Shown here piece by piece: positions 28,190-33,645 of a DNA stretch of 33,645 bases (the stretch's first letter is position 1; every line of letters starts with the position of its first letter). The DNA is from an uncultured Lachnospiraceae bacterium (lineage in GTDB: Bacteria > Bacillota > Clostridia > Lachnospirales > Lachnospiraceae). The notes beneath the pieces were generated by a model that was not told the DNA's origin, searched no databases, and saw only the letters and a list, made by a program, of their open reading frames with translations. The DNA lies in contig CAMWJQ010000001.1 in the NCBI GenBank assembly GCA_947174615.1, forward strand, positions 1 to 33,645. The letters run 5' to 3'. A program made the translations under genes and the position numbers.

Positions 28190-28216
28190 AGAGATATGGA
28201 AAGGCGGTGAAGGAAA

Positions 28217-28384
28217 GTGAGTGATTTTTATATGCCATCTGATTTACGGTACAAGGATGAATTGAGAAAAGAAATGATAAAAATTGAAGAGCAGATTGAG
28301 TTGATTGAAAACAAAGAGTATGAAAAACTGAAAAAGAAGTTAGAACGCGACTTAAAAAGAGTTCGTGAAAGTCTTGAGGATTAA
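28217..28384 (+). CDS. Small, highly charged helical protein of unknown function (55 aa from GTG 28217 or 50 aa from ATG 28232)
   Basis: Absent from the ORF track. (V/M)SDFYMPSDLRYKDELRKEMIKIEEQIELIENKEYEKLKKKLERDLKRVRESLED*. RBS-like AAGGCGGTGA upstream; flanked by a promoter and a terminator. Confidence 0.65.
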   Translation: MSDFYMPSDLRYKDELRKEMIKIEEQIELIENKEYEKLKKKLERDLKRVRESLED

Positions 28385-28400
28385 ATCGCAGAATCAAAGC

Positions 28401-28436
28401 AGGGTGTAAAGTCTTATAGAGGTTTTACACCCTTTA
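28401..28436 (+). terminator. Intrinsic terminator-like hairpin after the small ORF
   Basis: 10-bp stem AGGGTGTAAA / TTTACACCCT followed by a short T run. Confidence 0.65.
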
Positions 28437-28499
28437 AATTATGCACACAGACCTGTGCAGGAGATATAATGCGGACGCGGAAAGGAATGGAGGTTTGGC

Positions 28500-30182
28500 A
28501 TGAAAGAGACTATGCCTGAGATCAGCTTCGAGAGGAGCATGAATCACAATTATATGATTTTGAGCAAACGCAGCTATTTTGGATTAGACGATGAGGGCAG
28601 TATGGACTACCGCACAAAAATGCTGCTGGAAAACCATATACCAGGGCTTTTGCCAGTTACGCACAGGCGGATCAATGGAGAGTGCCGGTATTATTATGAG
28701 ATCAATTCACTTCAGTCGCTCGACAGACTTTATGACAAGAGTGAGATACGATATGACGATCTAAGACGGCTGTTGTCCGGCTGTGTGAGTCTCTTTGACA
28801 GATTGGAGGAATATCTGCTGGACGGGACTCAGATTATTATCAAATCGGACTTGATCTATATTGATGTGGAAAAGATGGAGCCGTACTTTGTCTGTTATCC
28901 TGACTATGAAGGCGATGTGAGACTGTCCTTCATGGAATTTATTGACGAGCTGCTGACGAAGATTGACCACACAGACGAGCGTGCAGTGATGCTTGGCTAT
29001 CAGATTTATCGCTATACCCGAAATCCGAATTATGTCATCAGTGAAATTGGGGCAATGATGGACCATGTACTCGTGGATCTGGTATATCGGCAGAAGACTT
29101 CCGAACAGAGTGTGGCGCAGGATACAGACAGTATTCTGTCAGCCTCCGGATACCGCAAAGACAGTGCGGGAGTTTCTGATACAGACCAGAACAGCTTTGC
29201 TTCGTATTCGCAGGATATTTATGCTACGCCTCCTCATGACAGTTGTAATCTGTATGAGGAAGCGCAGCTTTCAGCCCCACAATCCAAATCTGGAACGAAA
29301 AGTATCGGGGATTTAATTGGCGGGATTTTTTGCATTTTTGTATCGCTGTGTGCCGGTGCAATCATTCTGGGAGCTCGCTTACTCCATTCGTTTCAATTAG
29401 GTGGAAATAATGAACTGTACTTATTTGGCGCAATGAGTATGGCAATTGTGGCAGCTATTTTATTTTTATCTTGCTACATGAAGAAAAGAAGGCAGTGTCA
29501 GGAAATAGGATCGGCATTGGAGAGCGAAGATCAGGATGAGATGCAGTTTTATACTTCGGTAGGAAATAAAAATATTATAGAGAAAAATATTATAGAGAAA
29601 GATATTATAGAGAAAGATATTATAGAGAAATATGATATAGATCAATATGATACAAAATACCCGCAGGCGGCGCTCAGCCATACACGTACAGAGCAGTACT
29701 CGGATACTATACGGAAAAATCAAATGGACAGACAGCGCTGTACCAAAGATGCAGAGTTGTTTTATCAAGGTAACAGGCAATTTGGCATCAAAGGAGTAAA
29801 TCATGCAGTAAACAGTCAAACTGTCAGTCCGATCAGCGTAAAACCATGCGCTCAGAATGAGACGGTATATTTGGGTGAGGGGGTTGTGGAAGAGAGGATG
29901 CTGTGCGGTCGTATGAATGGCAGAGAGGTAAACATTTCACTGGACAGGCTGCCAATGACTGTCGGGAAACTTGCAAATGTCTCGGATTTTGTAATACAGG
30001 ACGCTGCTGTCAGCAAAATGCACGCACGCTTTGAGGAGCATGATGGCAAAGTATATCTGTGTGATTTAAATTCGACAAATGGAACGGTTCGGAATGGTGA
30101 ACTTCTAGGGGTGAATCAGTCCGTGGCATTGGAGCCGGGGGACCGGCTCCGATTTGGACGGACTTGTTTTACATATTGTTAA
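28500..30182 (+). CDS. DUF6382-like N-terminal domain, two TM helices and C-terminal FHA domain
   Basis: N-terminal DYRTKMLLENHIPGLL...YYEINSLQSL...LEEYLLD; TM hairpin at about aa 272-325; FHA TVGK...VSKMHARF...DLNSTNGT...LEPGDRLRFG. RBS GGAGG. Confidence 0.85.
   Translation: MKETMPEISFERSMNHNYMILSKRSYFGLDDEGSMDYRTKMLLENHIPGLLPVTHRRINGECRYYYEINSLQSLDRLYDKSEIRYDDLRRLLSGCVSLFDRLEEYLLDGTQIIIKSDLIYIDVEKMEPYFVCYPDYEGDVRLSFMEFIDELLTKIDHTDERAVMLGYQIYRYTRNPNYVISEIGAMMDHVLVDLVYRQKTSEQSVAQDTDSILSASGYRKDSAGVSDTDQNSFASYSQDIYATPPHDSCNLYEEAQLSAPQSKSGTKSIGDLIGGIFCIFVSLCAGAIILGARLLHSFQLGGNNELYLFGAMSMAIVAAILFLSCYMKKRRQCQEIGSALESEDQDEMQFYTSVGNKNIIEKNIIEKDIIEKDIIEKYDIDQYDTKYPQAALSHTRTEQYSDTIRKNQMDRQRCTKDAELFYQGNRQFGIKGVNHAVNSQTVSPISVKPCAQNETVYLGEGVVEERMLCGRMNGREVNISLDRLPMTVGKLANVSDFVIQDAAVSKMHARFEEHDGKVYLCDLNSTNGTVRNGELLGVNQSVALEPGDRLRFGRTCFTYC
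29571..29630 (+). repeat. In-frame 15-bp tandem repeat x4 (NIIEK NIIEK DIIEK DIIEK)
   Basis: (A/G)ATATTATAGAGAAA x4, followed by a degenerate TATGATA pair. Confidence 0.93.
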
Positions 30183-30188
30183 TTGTAT

Positions 30189-33100
30189 CTAATTTCGCCA
30201 CCACCACAGAAGGGACTTGGAAGTAATTGTAAAGGTAATCTTGCGCTGTCCGCCGTAGTTTGCGCCAATACCGCGCAGAATGACGGACGCCTTGCCCTTC
30301 TTGGTATTGTTGGTGTAACTGTTTTCATCAATGAGATAATCTGTGCCGTGTATAAGTTCTGTGCCATTGAGGGTAAGTTTGATATCCTCCGGCGTCAGCG
30401 TTACTTCTCTGCCGTTTTGATAAACTTTAGCGCTGATCTTGAGCTTTGCCGAGTTAATGTTGGCTGCAATGATGCGGTAGGTCGTGGACAGTGTGGCATT
30501 GCCGGACCCAGCGTATGCACCGATGCCCTTGACGGTGACACGTATCCTGGTGTTGGCATTGATTATGTCATTCTTATCAACTACATCACCTGCTTTTCTG
30601 GTAATCTGTGCAGCGTCCGCAGTGGAGACCAGCGTATCATTGACATAGGTATAAATGACATGCTTGTCATAATCTTTACCTGCGCTCAATTTTTTGCCGT
30701 TGGCATCAGTGATGGTGAGAGTTGTTTTGTAGCTGTTTGCTTTCTTTTTATAGGTGATATCCTTTGCGGATATGGTCAGTTTCTCATTGGTGTCAGACAT
30801 TGCGCCGTCGGTAATACGCCATGTACCTGTCAGAGTTCCCTTGAAGCTGCCTTTTCCCTTGATGGTCAGTTTTGGGAGTCTGTGTTCGGGCAGATTAGCG
30901 CTGGTCACAGCAGTGTTATTTTTATAGGAAACAGTATAATCTCTGCCTGGTATTAGCGTCATTCCATTATAGTACAGTGAAATCTGTGGTTTTGCCCCGC
31001 CCTTCATATAGGGGGAAGTAATCTGGGACAAGTCTGTTATAACAATTGGTTTGGAGGCTGCCTCCTCTGTGGTATAGGTCATAGTTATGCCTTCATGGAG
31101 CGCGTTGTTCCCGTTGGATATCTCCTGGGCAGTGATTTTGTATGTTTTTTTCAGCTCACCGCTGTACTCGTTAATCCCTTTAAAGATTATGGTGGCAGTC
31201 CCTGCTTTGGCAGTATTTTTATAGGAGACAACATAGTCTCCGGTTACGCCGTGATCTTTGCTTTCCCGCAATACTTTATTGTCCAGGGTCAGCTGGACAT
31301 TGTGCTGGAGCACATCCGATTCGTTCCCTGTGTAGGTTTTGGCAGTAATGCCGTTCACTGCTGCCTTGCTGAGCTTCTGCCCGACAATTTTATAGGTGAT
31401 GTTCTTCGATCCTGCATAGGCGCTTCCCTCGACTGCGGTGATTGTGGCAGTCGCGGTTCCGATAGTCCGGTTATTTTTGTAGGTTACGGTATAATCGCCG
31501 GTTTTTCCGCCGTCCGTGCTCTGCACCAGCAGTTTGTTTTTGTAGGTTACATGAAGCTGTTCCGGAATAATGCCGCTGCCGTTTGTGACAAGCTCATTTT
31601 TGTAAGTCTGGTTCGGAATCTTAGAGACAGATACCTTACTGAGCATGGTCTTTTGGCTGATGGTGACATTGACAGTGCGTGTCCCAGTATAATTTTTTGT
31701 TCCTTTGATTACAATAGGGTAGACGCCTGCTTTTTTGTATGCACCTGCTTTCATATAGGGGTAGCTGAGCGTGTAATCGGTCGTTTTGGTCAGTTTTTTA
31801 CCATCACGGTAGACTGCCGGGGAGGTTTTTTGCACCTTGCCGTTGTATGCCACAGTGAGATTGTCAGCAGTGATATCGTGGTCAGTAAGCGATTTTGGCA
31901 AAATATTGAAAGTAACGGATTCCGTTCCTGTATAATTGCCTTTGCCTTTTACCGTAATCGTTGGCATTTTCTTCGCAGAGGTATTTACGTTCTTGTTATT
32001 CTTATAAGAAACAGTGTAGTCCTGACCTTGGACAAGCTCAATTAATTCCGTGTTTCCGTCATTGTATGTGACACTGTCGTACACTTGAACCTGCGGCTTG
32101 ATGGAGCTGCCGGTGTAAGTCTGGTCGCCTACAGGAATGACATAGAAGCCTTTTCCCTGCTGTTCAAAATAGGGATACAGCACGATCTCATTTTGATTGA
32201 TCCGCGTGTGTTCATCGAACCGTGTTCCTTGACCGTTTTTGCCCGTAAACCAGCCAATAAATAGTTTGTCTGCGGTGCTTTCTATTGTCGGAAAGCTTTC
32301 AATGGGTATTGTGCTTCCAACTGCTGTCTGTATTTTATGTAAGATCTGTGTGTAATCAGTGGACATAAATGTCACACTGCATTCCTGTACATGGATGTCG
32401 TAGCTTGCCGAAAACCTGCCCAGCGCAGCAGTGATTGTTGTGCTGCCAGGGGCGTGTGCAGTCACTTTGCCGCCTTGGACACTTGCCACAGAAGGATTTG
32501 TACTTGCCCATGTGATCTGGACTTCATCGGTAGTGTCTTTTGGCTGATAGTCTGCGGTGAGTGTCAGGTTTTGCCCTGTGTACAATGTGGCTGCAGAGGT
32601 GTCGGTCTCTGCGTTAAGGTTTTTCAACTGGAAACTGTACAGCGGCGCCTCTACTTTTACCTTGCACTTGGCGGTCTTGCCGTTTTGTGACTGCGCTGTG
32701 ATCGTGGCTTCTCCGCCGTCAAGCGCTGTCACGACTGCTTTGTGTGTGCTTTTGTCCGGCTTGACGGATACAATCTTAGAATTGGATGAAGTCCAAGTAA
32801 TTGTCTTGTCATCGGTAGTGTCTGCGGGTTCGATTTTCACAGATAGTGTGGCAGTAGCGCTAAAACCAGATGACGGAAGATTTTCTACAGCGTCAGATCT
32901 GTAGAGGTGCAGGCTGGTCTTGTCGAGAGAGATGCTTTTGATGGCTTTCTCTCCAGGCATATTTTGATAGACTGGTATCTTGAATACGAAACCGGAGTCT
33001 AGGCTTCCGGTTCCCGCATACATGCGCTTGATGGAGGAGGCTTCGCTGGCAGGCGCCTGGACATTCTGCATATATTGATGGTTGTACAATCCGTGAGGAC

Positions 33101-33645
33101 TGTTGACATCCACATTAAACTTTTGGAGATAGACGGTGTCTTGTCCCTTTAAGATATAGTTGTTTCCAATCGTTGCAGCGCCGCCATCGAGCGACTTGTA
33201 GCGTGTATTCCAGCCTTTTTGCTTGGCGTAGGTCAATCCCTTTTGAATTTTCTCTGCGGTCGAGGCGCCGTTGACGCCCACATTAAAATAATTGTAATAA
33301 CCCTCAAATCCTTTATAAGTGCCTGAAATCAGTGCGGAATTTCCGCTTCCCTGTTCCTGATATACGCGCGAGGCGAGATGGATGGGGCTTAGCCTGCGGC
33401 TCTTGCCGATCTCATAAAATGCCTGTGCATAGGTTCTGCTGTCGCCGGGAATTTTTCCCTTCATAAAAGTATTGTTCAGAAAAGTCTGAATGGCGCTGAC
33501 ATTATGATAGGAACTGTTAAAAGTCAACTGTTCAAACTGAAAGATGGAAGTCTCAGTCAGAAAATTACAGGGGTTCATGTAATAGGTCACAGCAGGTTTG
33601 GTGGCATAATACCAGCCGCTCTCTGTCGGACAGGGACTGCCGACC
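30189..33645 (-). CDS. Large cell-surface protein: N-acetylglucosaminidase (LytD/GH73-like) domain, Big_2 domains, B-repeat and Ig-like repeats (5'-truncated by the window)
   Basis: Frame stays open to the window end. SPIHLASRVYQEQG, YYNYFNVG, GQDTVYLQKFNV and HQYMQNV catalytic-domain motifs; ITWTSSN and ITWASTN Big_2 motifs; FIGWFT B-repeat; repeated DYTVSYKNN...T-T-KGKGNY-G modules. Confidence 0.85.
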   Translation of the reverse strand, partial: VGSPCPTESGWYYATKPAVTYYMNPCNFLTETSIFQFEQLTFNSSYHNVSAIQTFLNNTFMKGKIPGDSRTYAQAFYEIGKSRRLSPIHLASRVYQEQGSGNSALISGTYKGFEGYYNYFNVGVNGASTAEKIQKGLTYAKQKGWNTRYKSLDGGAATIGNNYILKGQDTVYLQKFNVDVNSPHGLYNHQYMQNVQAPASEASSIKRMYAGTGSLDSGFVFKIPVYQNMPGEKAIKSISLDKTSLHLYRSDAVENLPSSGFSATATLSVKIEPADTTDDKTITWTSSNSKIVSVKPDKSTHKAVVTALDGGEATITAQSQNGKTAKCKVKVEAPLYSFQLKNLNAETDTSAATLYTGQNLTLTADYQPKDTTDEVQITWASTNPSVASVQGGKVTAHAPGSTTITAALGRFSASYDIHVQECSVTFMSTDYTQILHKIQTAVGSTIPIESFPTIESTADKLFIGWFTGKNGQGTRFDEHTRINQNEIVLYPYFEQQGKGFYVIPVGDQTYTGSSIKPQVQVYDSVTYNDGNTELIELVQGQDYTVSYKNNKNVNTSAKKMPTITVKGKGNYTGTESVTFNILPKSLTDHDITADNLTVAYNGKVQKTSPAVYRDGKKLTKTTDYTLSYPYMKAGAYKKAGVYPIVIKGTKNYTGTRTVNVTISQKTMLSKVSVSKIPNQTYKNELVTNGSGIIPEQLHVTYKNKLLVQSTDGGKTGDYTVTYKNNRTIGTATATITAVEGSAYAGSKNITYKIVGQKLSKAAVNGITAKTYTGNESDVLQHNVQLTLDNKVLRESKDHGVTGDYVVSYKNTAKAGTATIIFKGINEYSGELKKTYKITAQEISNGNNALHEGITMTYTTEEAASKPIVITDLSQITSPYMKGGAKPQISLYYNGMTLIPGRDYTVSYKNNTAVTSANLPEHRLPKLTIKGKGSFKGTLTGTWRITDGAMSDTNEKLTISAKDITYKKKANSYKTTLTITDANGKKLSAGKDYDKHVIYTYVNDTLVSTADAAQITRKAGDVVDKNDIINANTRIRVTVKGIGAYAGSGNATLSTTYRIIAANINSAKLKISAKVYQNGREVTLTPEDIKLTLNGTELIHGTDYLIDENSYTNNTKKGKASVILRGIGANYGGQRKITFTITSKSLLWWWRN

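Noticed and set aside
28140-28397. 85-aa minus-strand hydrophobic ORF (possible type I toxin)
   Set aside because: It is the reverse complement of the A-rich charged small ORF. The promoter, RBS and terminator signals all favour the + strand.
29571-29630. Tandem repeats considered as a CRISPR array
   Set aside because: Units are 15 bp with no spacers, are in frame in a CDS, and no cas genes are present.
30183-32045. Long + strand ORFs of 257 aa and 316 aa
   Set aside because: Antisense shadows of the glucosaminidase/Ig-repeat gene, with no recognisable motifs or RBS.

Overview
Chromosomal window from a motile, low-GC Gram-positive anaerobe. Gene content and order suggest Lachnospiraceae (inference). 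In order: (1) the 3' end of trmB; (2) a 10-gene Mrp/Mnh-type cation/H+ antiporter operon in Mbh/Mbx-like order (E-F-G-B'-B-C) followed by four MrpD/NuoL-M-N-type subunits, with no redox subunits; (3) a convergent secreted Asp-box (BNR) beta-propeller protein; (4) a PadR regulator plus a HAAS-domain, divergent FtsW/RodA protein, with a consensus sigma-A promoter overlapped by palindromic operators; (5) a probable sigma-28 operon of a 1114-aa FliK-C-like protein, a 607-aa flagellin and FliS; (6) a YaaL/DUF2508 gene; (7) an 11-gene Tad/Flp (type IVc) pilus locus with two prepilin peptidases, a degenerate CpaE, TadA/B/C, an Flp1 pilin missing from the ORF track, three pilin-like proteins and a DUF6382-TM-FHA protein, with a small promoter-ORF-terminator cassette inside it; (8) a large convergent glucosaminidase/Ig-repeat cell-surface protein that runs off the window. 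No rRNA, tRNA, CRISPR array or transposase was seen. The best candidate for a poorly described system is the extended Tad locus: a minor pilin with tandem H-C-C-C metal-binding modules, two peptidases matching Gly versus Ala cleavage sites, an EssB-like/FHA membrane protein, a structured leader and an embedded small ORF. All family names come from motif recognition, not database searches.
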